A stretch of DNA of 64,000 nt from Octopus vulgaris (Eukaryota). The notes beneath the pieces are model-generated. The model made no database searches. It saw only the letters and a list, made by a program, of their open reading frames with translations, and was not told the DNA's origin. The DNA lies in contig OX597827.1 of assembly GCA_951406725.2 (NCBI GenBank), positions 23,932,001 to 23,996,000 of the forward strand, written 5' to 3'. The position numbers and the translations under genes were made by a program. This document shows positions 51,149 through 64,000 of this stretch, in pieces; position 1 is the first letter of the stretch, and each line of letters begins with the position of its first letter.

Positions 51149-53207
51149 CATAAGCACGCAAACCAGAATGGGCTAAAATTGTGTTCACACTACTAAATAA
51201 TGATTTTTATAAATAAAATATGAGGCAACATTTTTGTCTTTGCTCTAAAATAATTTTCCTGTTAATGGCATAATTTGCCAAAACTATCACATCGTTTTTA
51301 GAATGTATATTTTCAATATTTATATCAATATTATGTTCCTGATAGGTGCCTTAGCCTTGGATATATGCATCATTAAGGTAAGTATTTACAATATCTGCAG
51401 CTACACTATGTTCTAATTAGTCTTATTACTGGATATATATATACATCATTAGCATAATCTATAGAATGGTGTGTTCCAATTAGTGCCTTATTACTGGAAG
51501 TGCACAATGAACATGCATGCAGTACAGAGGTGTTCAACAGCAAGGACTTTACAACCCATAGTTCTGAGACATAACTAGCCTAGTCTCAGACTATGTGTAT
51601 ATATACACACACACATATATGTGTATGTATGATATATATATATATGTGTATATAAATATATATGTATATATATATATATATTCATACATACACAAATACA
51701 TACATATATATATTTATATATATATATATATTTATATACATTTATATTTATTTATATATATATATATATTTATATACATTTATATTTATTTATATATATA
51801 TATATTTATATACATTTATATTTATTTATATATATATATTATTATATATATATAAAGAGAGAGAGAGAGAGAGAGAAGGAGGGATGAAGACAGATAATGA
51901 TTATTGAACCAATTACCAGTGTTGTTGTTGTTTAGCCACAGGTCAGTCCTCATCGAGTAGCTCTCTACCCTCAGTGACATTCTGGTCACAATCTATCCAG
52001 TCTTTCTTTTTCAAGCATAATATACCCAGGGGTTACACTAACCAACATGGTCTTTTTCTTTTTAGAACATAAGTTGTAATTTCAGGGTAACTTGTCTGCT
52101 ATTTCTAGCATAGCTTGACTAAGATGCAATATGTAAATATACAGGTAAGATGAGTAATGTGCCAAATTCTCATATTTGTACAAATAATTTCAAATTTTGG
52201 TACAAGGCAAGTAATTCTGGAGGAGGGGCGTAAATGAATTACATCGACTCCAGTGTACAACTGGTACTCGTTTTATCGACCCCGAAAGGAAGAAAGGCAA
52301 AGCTGACCTTGGTAGAATTTGAGCTCAGAACGTGAAGATGGACAAAATGCCGTGAAGCATTTTGCCAACTCGTTACCTTTGTCATGTTTATAATAATAAC
52401 GGTTGGTCAAGGTCTTTGAATTACAGATGGAATCCAGCTTTTATTATAATGTCACAGGTTGAGTGTTCCGGGGATACTTTGGGGTAGCATATCAGGGAAT
52501 AATAGCTTCAAAAAATCATTTGATAAATATAGACAAGGGGAAAATGATGAAACAGCCATCATCTTTCCACTCTGGCCAGTTTAAACGCTAAATGGTCAAA
52601 CTGATGTTTGAAACATAAGAAAAAATTTTTTAATTTATGTCCCAAACTTAACGAAACTTACAATATTTTGTTGTTCTTTTTAGATGTTAACTAAAGCAAA
52701 ATTCTTTTAAAACATGGCTAGAAATACTCTCTTCTATACAAATAAGCCATTCTTATAAGATTGAATGTGTTAAGTAATTTAATAAAGTATTTATAGCTAA
52801 TTTATCAGCAGATTTAAATAGTCAAAAATAGCAGATACATAGAAGTGGAGCAAACGGTTACCTTGTCATTGTACCAATATCGTCTCCCAGTATCCACATC
52901 AAGTGGAAGGACTAAACAATAACCAGGATGTGGTGAGTGACAAGGCCCAGTGAGCAAGTTAACCGTTTTTTGTTACCTTATTTCTATCAACATGTTCTGC
53001 CTGTGTTTTAATTAATTTTGTAAGTAATGAAGAATTTAGTGAAATAACTTGTTATAGTTAAACTGTGTTTAAAACAGTCAAGGGCAATCAGCTGTCTGCA
53101 GGACGTTCTGTAAAGCATGCCTAACTAAAAACTATTTTTTAATTATTTTAGTAGAGCGGCCTGCCTACTAATGAGAGCCATGTCTCATGCGACCCACTTC
53201 TAGTAAG
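45431..53207 (+). repeat. Copy 2 of the ~7.75 kb direct duplication
   Basis: Near-identical to 37584-45330; differences are mostly homopolymer and microsatellite lengths plus a few substitutions. Confidence 0.97.
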
Positions 53208-55873
53208 AGCTTATCCTTGCCTAGTTTAGGACATAAATCAACACGGAATTTTGATGGGAATTTTAAGTTTAGATCACTTTTAAATAGAATTCGTATCATA
53301 GAAACAAGATTGGTTTCAGGCAGGTTGGTATTAAAAGGGTTAAGACAAGAGCCAAGCTTACATGAAGCTCAATTATTAAGCAGTGCCACTTAACCAACCG
53401 AGAGCTGGCGATTTTCCTGTAATTATTTTAGTCTTTCAGTAACATCTACCTGGAACTTGTCTCTATCTTCTCCATTTTCTGCACACTGTTAATAAAGACA
53501 TTATCCACGGCTGTTGAAACGTGTGATATTTTATAAAATCACGTTCAGTCTCACCTTATAATGTCCAACACAACCTCTTTTATTATTAATGCTATGGCAC
53601 TGATATTTCTAGAAGTTTATTATGGAGATGTGTGTATGTGCGTGATATATTTATACACCTATTTGTACATATATTTACATGCAAACATACATATAAACAC
53701 ACTAACATGCACCATTGCATGCATGTACATATACCACCGCCATCGTTTAATAGCTGCTATACATATAGACACACACACACACACAAAGACAAATGTGTTT
53801 ATAGATTACAAGCAATGTTCAGTAGATATGCATACGTATACAAATACCGTATATACATAAATGCTTACGTACAACACTAATGTGCATGCATGCACACACA
53901 CACGCAAGTGTATACATATAAATATGCTTACAGATAAAAAAAAAACAACAGAATTACTTACATCCAACCACAAAATAAAAGGAAAAACAAACAAGAAAAT
54001 GGCTCAATCAGTTTCACCAATTAGCATTCTGGTTTAATTGACTGAACAACTCATTAATTATAATCTAAGTGGCTGAGTATTCCACAGACTTGTGCCCTTC
54101 GCTTAAACATCTGGCAGACTTCCCATGACACAGTGTGACAAGGTTGGCCACAAGTTACAAGAACAGTCAAAATCAGTGGGTCTCGGACATTTTTAATATC
54201 CAGGGTCACATTCACAACCTGGATTTTTTTAGGGGTCTACACTAAATAAAGATAAAAACAAGTCAAAGAAAAATTTATTACATTTATAAAAGAAGACCAT
54301 CAAGGGCTGCTGGAAGGATGCTGGGGGGGGGGGCACATGAGGCTCTGGGAGCTATAGTTGGTAGCCACTGGTCTATGTTGTATTTTATGTGAGGGGAAGC
54401 TGAGTAGAGAAACAAAGGGTCAAGAGGTCCCTTTAGGGTAGTTGAGGACATGGCAACTTCTCAGTGTCCCAATAAAATGTACCTGATACATTCTTTAAAG
54501 GGCATTTAGTCACAGAAACCCTGAGAAAAACAAAGGGTACGAATGAGATGTGATGCTTCAACCCATCGAAGAAAGAAAAGAACTTTGAATAAGAACTTCA
54601 TGAACTGTAATGACCAAGCCGTGCCAACATGGAATCTTTTTCTTGATTCAATTCTTAGAGAATTTTTAGTTGAATGAATCAACCCCAGGACTTTTTTTTT
54701 AAGCCTGGTACTTATTTTGTCTCTTCTGCTGAACCACTAAGTTACAGGGACATAAACACACCAACACCGGTTGTCAAGTGGTGGTGGTAGACAAACACAC
54801 ACACACAAGTATATATGGACAGGCTTCTTTCAATTTCCATCTACCAAATCCACTCTCAAGGTTTTGGTCAGCCCGAGGCTATGGTAGAAGACACTTGATT
54901 AATGTGCCATGCAGTGGGACTGAACCCAGAACCATGTGGTTGGGAAGCAAACTTCTTACCACACAGCCATGCTTGCGAACACAAAATTATAATGATGGTG
55001 ATGCTGATGGCTGTGTATTCTGCTGCCATGTGTACCCTTAATGTATTTCTCAGTCTGAATCAGTGATGAGGCCAGGTTCTTTGAATCACACTTTCAATCC
55101 AACCTGGTTTATAAAAAACTGGACAATCCAAAGAATTATGTACCCTTGATGTGCTTGTTAGGGAGACTCCTTCATCCAATGTGCTTTCACACTGTTTCTG
55201 TCTTCCCAGTTTTATCCAGAAAGACTGAGTCAACCTGAGGGCCATGGCAAAAGACACATGTTTATGGAGCCATGTGGGACCTTATGATTGTCAAGTGAAG
55301 ATCTTGGCCTGAACTTGCAGCCACTTATACACAAAACTGCATACATGCATAAAAAAAAACACCAATATACATACACAAGCACATACACATACATATGTAG
55401 AGATATGAAACAAAACTGTTAAATAGAACAATGACTGGTGAATGGGTTGAGGGAAGGGAAAGAGGTTGTAGGGTTTGGGTAGTGGGTGGACTTCTTTGTC
55501 TGTGAACACAGTCAGTAGTGTAGGGTTTCTGTATGGTTGCATATATGCTGTGGGGGTTCTGTATGGGGGTTACATACATAAGGACTGAATGAATTTCTTT
55601 GCCTGTGACTATAAATGTATGGATTGTTGATGTTTAGGCCCAGGTTAACTGTGACAGATTAGATTTGTGACCAAAGGAATTCTAATCAGGACCATCCTTT
55701 CTTTAATTCAGACAGTATACCTGAGATTTAGCTGTTGTTTCTAGCAAGTTAAGTGCAGAAAGGCCCCGTCATTGGCTCATATCAGTGTGTATCTATGTAA
55801 GGAATGTACATTTGGCTGTTGTTTCTAGCAAGTTAAGTGACTGCAGAGAGGCTCCAGCATTGGCTTGTATCAA

Positions 55874-55904
<31 letters not shown>

Positions 55905-56388
55905 GGATGGAATGTACGTTAAATAACCTAAATATTACACCAACAAATTCTCAGAATTAAAAATTTTTGATTGCCATACCATATATGGTGACAACTATCC
56001 CAATAATGTTTTATAATAATACCAAACATCTATCCTACACAGTGGAACCTCAATTCATTACTGGAGGCCATTCATCACCCAAAATGTTCATAAACCAAAA
56101 CTATTTTCCCAGTAGGAAATTCAAAGAAAGCATTGCAAATCCAAGCAGGGATGTGAATTGCACAAAAGCGAGACCACAACTGATGCTCTTCCTCCTCCCA
56201 TACACCCAGCTTTGGTCGCCAATCATTGATGCCAGCTTGCATGTTTCTTACTCAAGACACTGTTCATTAACCAAGATATTTTATGTTCAAAAAATTGTTC
56301 ATAAACCAATCGGTACATGATAAGAGGCATTTGTAAACCAAAGTTCCAACATATTGCATAATCTGTGATGCATATTATATGCTCTCTG

Positions 56389-56444
<56 letters not shown>

Positions 56445-56607
56445 TTACATGACACAAGTGTGTATACATTTTTTCTCTCTCCCCATTTTTTCTTCTCATC
56501 CCTTTCTGTCGGACATAGGCTTGAAACATCAAAGACTTTAGTGTTCTTCCCAAATGTCAAACTAATACACCCCCTTCTTTGTTGTTTGTTTTTTGTACAT
56601 CTGAACC

Positions 56608-56640
<33 letters not shown>

Positions 56641-56944
56641 TACATACACACACATATATATATATATCAATCTGTAAGAGATGTGATATAATCTATGAAA
56701 TTCCCAAGTCACAAATCTTAATCTGTGACACTCATATACCATAACATGCCATGCTTCTATCACCACATCATATTATAATGTATGACCCCTCTCCCTATGT
56801 ATGTATGTATGTATGTATGTATGTATGTATGTATGTATGTATGTATGTATGTATGCATGCATGCATGCATGTAGTGTAACCTATGATACCCAGCCCACAA
56901 TCTGTGCCTCACCCCTTTCATACACAGTCCAGTTCTAATTATAT

Positions 56945-57130
56945 CTGAAGTACTCCCTGTAGCACCCCAATGTACTGACAGTTGTATACTGAGGTACAGC
57001 TAAAGGCATCCTGAGGTGTACAGTTTGCGGTACCCTGAGGCACAACTAATGGTATCTTGAAATACCTATCAGGATTATCTTGAGGTGGACCTTATGGTAC
57101 CCTGACATATTGCTTATGGTATCACTGACG
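56945..57130. repeat. Degenerate ~22-bp minisatellite
   Basis: Units of the form CTGAGGYAC-N6-7-GGTAYC repeated about eight times. Confidence 0.6.
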
Positions 57131-58630
57131 TCTTTTTAAGAAGTCAGTGAGGCAACAAGAAGCAATAGCCATCCGGAATTTGCATACATCCTGCCGCCTC
57201 CTCCTCCTCTCAACTGGTGAGATTGCTGATGATGATGGAATATCTAAAGAGTGGGAAATTCCAGGGGGAAGCTACATTGGGGAAGGATAGGGATTTTAGT
57301 GTTTAAGATGCGGGAGGTGAGAGGTGGGTAGGTCAGGTTGGCTAAGGTGAAAGAAGTATGCAATTAACATCAAATGTAATCAACTATTTCTCTAACGACA
57401 ACGAGGGTGGAAATGGTGATGATGAGTCCACGGTGCAGGCACTTGGGTTAGTGTTAGGGTATTCAGCTCATAGCCTTAAGGTCGTGGGTTCAATACCTGG
57501 CAGCGTATCATGTCTTTGAGCAAGACTCTTTATTCTACGTTGCTCCTGTCCACTCAGCTGGGATAAACGAGTAGTTCCTGTAATTCAAAAGGAGCCAGCC
57601 TTGTCACATTCTGAATCTCTTTGAGAACTATGTTAAGCCTATGCACATCTGTGGAGTACCCAGCCACTTGAGGATTAATTTCACAAGAAGGTTGTTCCAC
57701 TGATCGAACCAACAATAACTCCTGTCATCGTAACTGATAGAGCGCCTGTTTAATGTGTTCACATATCTTGGTTGTGGGAGTAGGGGATATAACCAATGCC
57801 CCCAGTATACAACTGGTACAGGTAATAGTAATAACGATTTGTTAACTTTAGCACAAGACAGGTGAAGTAGTGGACTGGATCAAACCTCAATACGTAACTT
57901 GGATTTATGTTAGAGACCCAGGAGGAACAAAAGGTCAGGTTGACCTGCCTGAGAGGGAAATATCAATTATGTAAATCCCAGGATATGACTGGTACACACT
58001 GAACCTGGATATTATTTTGATTAGGTCTACAGGAAGACGGATGGTCCCTGGCTTCCACAGAACCTCCAATACTTGAATACACTGGTATATTCATATAGAT
58101 ACAAACATTCACAGATATCCACCCCCACATTGTATGTGTGCGTATGTGTACATACCTTCACTGTTTATACAAGCTGTACTGATACATAAACACACAGAGA
58201 CATCTATAGTACCCTACAACACAGGGTACTATACATGGTAAATATATTTTATTGATGCAAATAGAGGTAATGGTGTATGTAGTGGTAGATGGTGGTGTTC
58301 TACTGGTAATATAGTAACTATAGTAGTAGTAGTGGTCATGGTAAATATGTAGTGGTGGTGGTGGTGGTAGCAAGTGATACGCAGAAGTGGCAGTAGTGGT
58401 AGCAGATAAGCAGAGGTGGTAGCAGTGGATGGAAAGAAAAGAAAAGAATTTATAAATAAAAGCTCCTGCAAAAACGTAGGAAGATACCAACTGGATTTAC
58501 ATACAGACATTATATTCATATACACACATTTGCGTGTGTGTGCGTGTGTGTGTGTATGTATATATATATAAACACACATATTTGTAGCTGTCTGTCTGTC
58601 TATTTATCTCTGTATGTGTATGTTTGTGCT

Positions 58631-58663
<33 letters not shown>

Positions 58664-59770
58664 TTGTTTTGTTTATTTCTTCAGTTTAAAGTTATAGCCC
58701 CAACTAATTTTCTAATTATTTAAAATCATTCATTGAGCACTTTTGGGGCAAGTTGAGACGTCTTGTAGGATTTCATGTTAGCCTAATTGCCACACACACA
58801 CAGTTCCTTACTGACAGCATGTTTATAGTTAGAATGTATGCATTTGTGTGTAGTACTACAGCAGTAGATATTCCATGTGGTTGAAAAATGACCAGCACAA
58901 CACCACCACTGTACCCCTAAAACCCTACCCCCATTACTGCAACAGCACCACCACCCCTCCAAATAGGGGTCGCATGTTAGGACAACTTGACCTGATGTAA
59001 AGATGTTCAAAATTCTATAAGGATATCAATGGAGGGGTCAGTACTTAACACCACCACCACCATACTGTGAAGGGCTGAACTGACCAGCACACAGGACATC
59101 TGTGAGTAGAGTGTCTGAACTGACCAGCAACATTATGATATGACCAACACTCTAGACATATTAGTGAGAGAGAGATGGGTGACGATGGTAGGTAGCAGAC
59201 ACTTAAGAAATGACTGGTAGACCATCATCATCATCAACATCATCATCAGACAAGCCAAAATAGAAACCTCTACACGATTGCTCAACATGCTAGAAATAGC
59301 AGTCAAATCTCCCCACTGCTGAATCATATCATTCTATTAAACATCTTAAAGGAAAGGAAGAACACATTAGACGATGCAGTCCCAACTATACAAACAGAAA
59401 GGATGGCCATGGTGGGAATGTCTTGGCTCATAACAGTCTGCTCAATCACAGTAACAACAACAACTATGGATTTTCGAGGGAGCCAGTTCTTTACACTAGA
59501 AGCATGATGGGGTGGTGATGGTCATGGCTAGAACATTTCTGATATTTGGTCTACACGGTCACTTCTGACCAGGAGCTAAACAACACCACCCCCACCAACA
59601 ACAGCAGCAGCACTACGAACAACAACAAACATCGCCAATAACAATAACATCAGCAACAACAAATATTACATCAGCAACAACCAAAATACACACAGACAGA
59701 CAGACAGACAGACACACCCATACACACACAACTAGAGAAAAGCATGCAAAGCAATGTGGTGAAAAACACC

Positions 59771-59815
<45 letters not shown>

Positions 59816-62800
59816 GTAATAATAATAATGATAATGTTGACAGTAGTAATAGTAAAAATAGTAGTAGTAGTAACAACAATAGCAATAATGGTAATAGTAG
59901 TAGTGGTAGTAGTACCGTAGAACAACGTAAACTCCTCCGTCAGTTTCAACGGTGTTGTGGCTGGCTGTGTTGACTGAAGGGTTCAATTCCAGCTGACTAC
60001 GGTTCTTCTCCATCAGACTATCAAACAACAACAACAACAACAACAACCACCATCGCCACCACCATCACCACCTCGCTGCTGCTGCTGCTGCTGCTGTTGT
60101 TGTTGACTGAGTGCGAGTGCGAGTGTGAGTGTAGGGTAAAGAGAGGAGGTGTTTGGCTTCTGGCCAGAAACTGACTGCCATACAGACAAACAGCCATACA
60201 GACACTGGCGGCTGCAGTGGTGGTGGTGGCGGTAGGGGTGGTGGTGGCGGTGGTAATGTTTGTGAGTGATGAGTGATTATCTATCTGTGGCTTGTCAGTA
60301 GTTGGCAGATGTAGATTTAGATGTAGCAGTGGTGGTGGTAGTCGCCACAATCCACCCACCACCACTATCCCAATGAAACAAAAATCACCAAATTGTATTT
60401 ACATTGCTGCCGCTGCTGCTGCTGCTGCTGTTGTTGTTGTTGTTGTTTAGCCCAAGGTTGGTCCTGACGAGTAAACTAATGATCAAAAATGTTCTGTTTG
60501 TAACCATCCTTTTTTTTTTTTGCTTATTTACTAGGAACCCAGAACCAACATATCCATTTACTATAGGACGGCTGGGTCTGGTTTAAGGGAGATCTGGCTG
60601 CTATTTCCTGCAGGTTGAGCAAGAATATATAGATAGATGTTCTCTCATTGGCTTGCTGATGATAACAATGATGGCAATAACAGCAGACACACAGACAGTA
60701 CAAGAGATACGATGATGATGATGATAGCTGGCATCTAAATAATATTTATATTGAGGAGAAAGATTTGCACTAACTGCAGCAAAAAAAATATACTACCACC
60801 ACTACTACTACTACTGATGTTGGTATTAGTACAACTTTTACTGCTGCTACTGCTGCTGCTAATCCACCCGCCACCCTTTTCGCCCCGCCCCACTCACTGC
60901 CAACAGTGTTAATGTGGAAGTGTTAATATCACCTCTCAAAGATAATACCATCGCTACACCACGGAGCAACATTAACACCTCCACACACCACTCCTCCCAT
61001 TAACGCCACAATCATCGCTAACACCACAACCATGATTACAAGCTGAAGAAGCCTCCATCTAGCTGCTCAGCCTGCTAGAAACAGCAACTAAAATCTCCCT
61101 CAAATAATAAAGTACTACATTGGATGATGTGGTCAAGGATCCGCTATGTCTGAAAATGCAAGAAAGGATGGTCATGAGTGGAATGCCTTTGACCATAGGT
61201 CTGCTCAGTCAGTGATGACCTTGGGCTAATCACCACTACCACCGGTATGGGACCACTGGTTGTCCAACAATGCTTGCCAACCATGAAGGTGGCCCAGCTA
61301 AGTTTCATAGCCAATGCAGAAACGTGTTTTCTGAGTTTGCTCACCCTGGGCCAAGCTGAGATTAGACATCATCATCATAAGCATGAGGAAGTCACCAACG
61401 CAACACAGGCATGGCTGTGTGCTAAGAGGATGGCTACCCTACCACATGGTTCCAGGTTCAGTCCTACTGCATGTTACCTTGGGCAAGTGTCTTCTACAAT
61501 AGCCCCTGGCTGATCAAAGCCTTGTGAGTGGATTTGGTAGATGGAAACTGCAAGAAGCCAGTTTTATGTGTCTGTGTGTACATATATATGTGTGTGTGTA
61601 TGCATGTATATATATTTATATATATATATATATATATATAAGTGTGTGTATCTATGTTTGCTCCCCACCACCATTTGACAACTGGTTTTGGTGTGCTTAT
61701 ATCCCAATAACTTAGCGGTTTGGCAAATAAGATCGACAGAATGAGTACCAGGTTTTTAAAAAATAAGTACTTGGTGAGGGGGTTCGATTTGTTCACCTAA
61801 AAACTCTTCAATGTGGTGCCCCAGCATGGGCGTAGCCAGATGACTGAAGCAAGTAAGAGATAAAAGACCATTAACACCACCACCACCCTAATAACAAAAA
61901 CAACAGCAGCAAGGGTGCACTGCTGTCCTGCAAAAGAGTTTGGTGCAGGAAAGTGAAACCATGTGACACAGGTGTAAGATTAGCTGTAGGAGTGCTGCAG
62001 TCTACGTGTATCGTTTGCTGCATTCCTTAATGAGGCACTCCACATCATATCAGATACATATGAATATATCCATAGATACACACACACACACACACACACA
62101 CGCATGCATGCCTGCATGAAAGTATGCACTCACAAACAGACACACACTCAAATTAGACACTAACCGAATACATTTGAAAGGGTGTATAAATAAATGTGTG
62201 TGAGTGTGTAGAAACAGGAAAACTAAATGTTTATATATTTATTTGAAATTTAATATCTGACTTAAAAATAAACAATATCTTGCTATCTACACACACACAC
62301 ACACACGTGCCTCTGTGTGTGTGTGTGTAAAAACATGTAACATTTGATTAAATGTATATAAAATACAAAACTATTTAAGAATTGGAGCGGGGGAGAGAGA
62401 GGGGGGTAGAAAAACAGTTCACATCAAGACACAAACGAGCACTTTCTCTGACACACACACACACACAAGGTCACACTGCTACTTAAAATAGCGACACATA
62501 CCAAGACATGAAGTCATTTCAAAGACTAATTACCAAAACTTCCACTTTCCTGATTCCACCAATAACAACTTACTACCCATGTGTGTGTGTGTCTGTTTGT
62601 GCGTGCGCACACACATGTTCTTAGCCACAGGGCCCATTATTTGTGTTTTCTTGTGCCACATTTCATATGGCACTGTGCCAATGCTGAGTGGCATATTAAA
62701 CCCGTTAGCAGTGCAGCTGAATACTACTGCACCGTCAACCGATAAACATCATTCATTCTCTATTCCTCGTATACACAATTTAACCAATCGTAAACACTGC

Positions 62801-62948
62801 ACTGGGTTTGCTGCTAACTCCACAAATGCAGGGTTTCACCTCTGGTCATCTTTCATAGTGGCCTTACATATGTATAATCACAGTATTGACCAGGCTATTG
62901 GATGTTGTTATCATCATCATCATCGTTTAACGTCCGTTTTCCATGCTA

Positions 62949-62983
<35 letters not shown>

Positions 62984-63156
62984 CACAGGCGCAGCTGTGT
63001 GGTAAGAATCTTGCTTTCCAACTACATGGTTCTGGGTTCAGTCCCACTGTGTGACACCTTGGGCAAGTGTCTTCTACTATAGCCTGGGGCCAACTACAGC
63101 CTTGTGAGTGGATTCAGTAGATGGAAACTGAAAGAAGCCCATCTTATATATATATG

Positions 63157-63269
<113 letters not shown>

Positions 63270-64000
63270 TTGTGTGTCTGTGTTTGTCCCCCCACCACCA
63301 TCATTTGACAACCGATGTCAGATGTTGGTGTATTTACGTCCCTGTAACTTAGCGTTTCGCATTGTTTTAGCTTTTGAATGATGCTACTCAACTGGTTAGG
63401 TGAGGAGGCCAACATTACCCCCTGGTCAGAAGACTAGCCCATTACGGGAGTGACGCATTTACAGCTGAGTGGACTGGAGCAACATGAAATGAAGTGTTTT
63501 ACTCAAGAGAACAACACACCTCCCAGTCCAGGAATTGAACTCCTGATCTAGTAATCATGAGTGCAACACCCTAACCAGAAGGCCACATGCACATGTATAA
63601 TAGCATCACCAAGACTACATCACAAAATTTCAGATTCTGCATTAAGCCCAGAAATTACTTCAACTGTGACCAATTGTTAATTGAATACTTCCTTTCGAGT
63701 GTTGGGCCTCACGGAGGCAATGGGCAAGACCTTTGGTATTATGTCATGCTTGAGCAGAAGACCCATCAAGCCGAACAAAATGGCAGTCGTGGAAAATACC
63801 AGTGTCATGGAAATGCCAGTGGCACATAAAAACACCCATTACACTCTTGGACATTAGATTGGCATTAGGAAGGGCATGCAGCCATAGAAAACCATGCCAA
63901 GTCAGACTGGAGTCTGGTGCAGCCTTCCAGCTTACCAACCCTGGTCAATATGTCCATTGTCCATACTAGCATGGCATTTTGTCCGATTCTAATTAAGAAT

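Noticed and set aside
55725-55920. Local ~85-bp tandem duplication
   Set aside because: Partial duplication of a decayed SINE end with no further structure.

Overview
Repeat-dense, AT-rich animal genomic DNA. The SINE families and microsatellite load suggest an octopus/coleoid cephalopod (inference). The only well-supported host gene is the 3' end of an attractin-like (ATRN/ATRNL1) gene on the minus strand, with four in-phase coding exons (17137-17059, 16300-16172, 8280-8127, 4493-4399) encoding the transmembrane end, the MASRPF motif and the cytoplasmic tail. The next upstream exon was not found, so everything above 17.1 kb appears intronic. That DNA holds a decayed Helitron with both ends visible, nested RTE LINEs, Tc1/mariner, pogo-like and hAT remnants, long-TIR MITEs, many tRNA-derived SINEs, old minisatellites, and a ~7.75 kb near-identical duplication around a 100-N gap (probably an assembly overlap). 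The most unusual signal is a palindromic element present twice. It is a head-to-head dimer of a tRNA-like Pol III head joined to a Penelope-type tail carrying a minimal hammerhead ribozyme motif, and both copies share the same central junction. Most ORFs in the supplied track are microsatellite or SINE noise.
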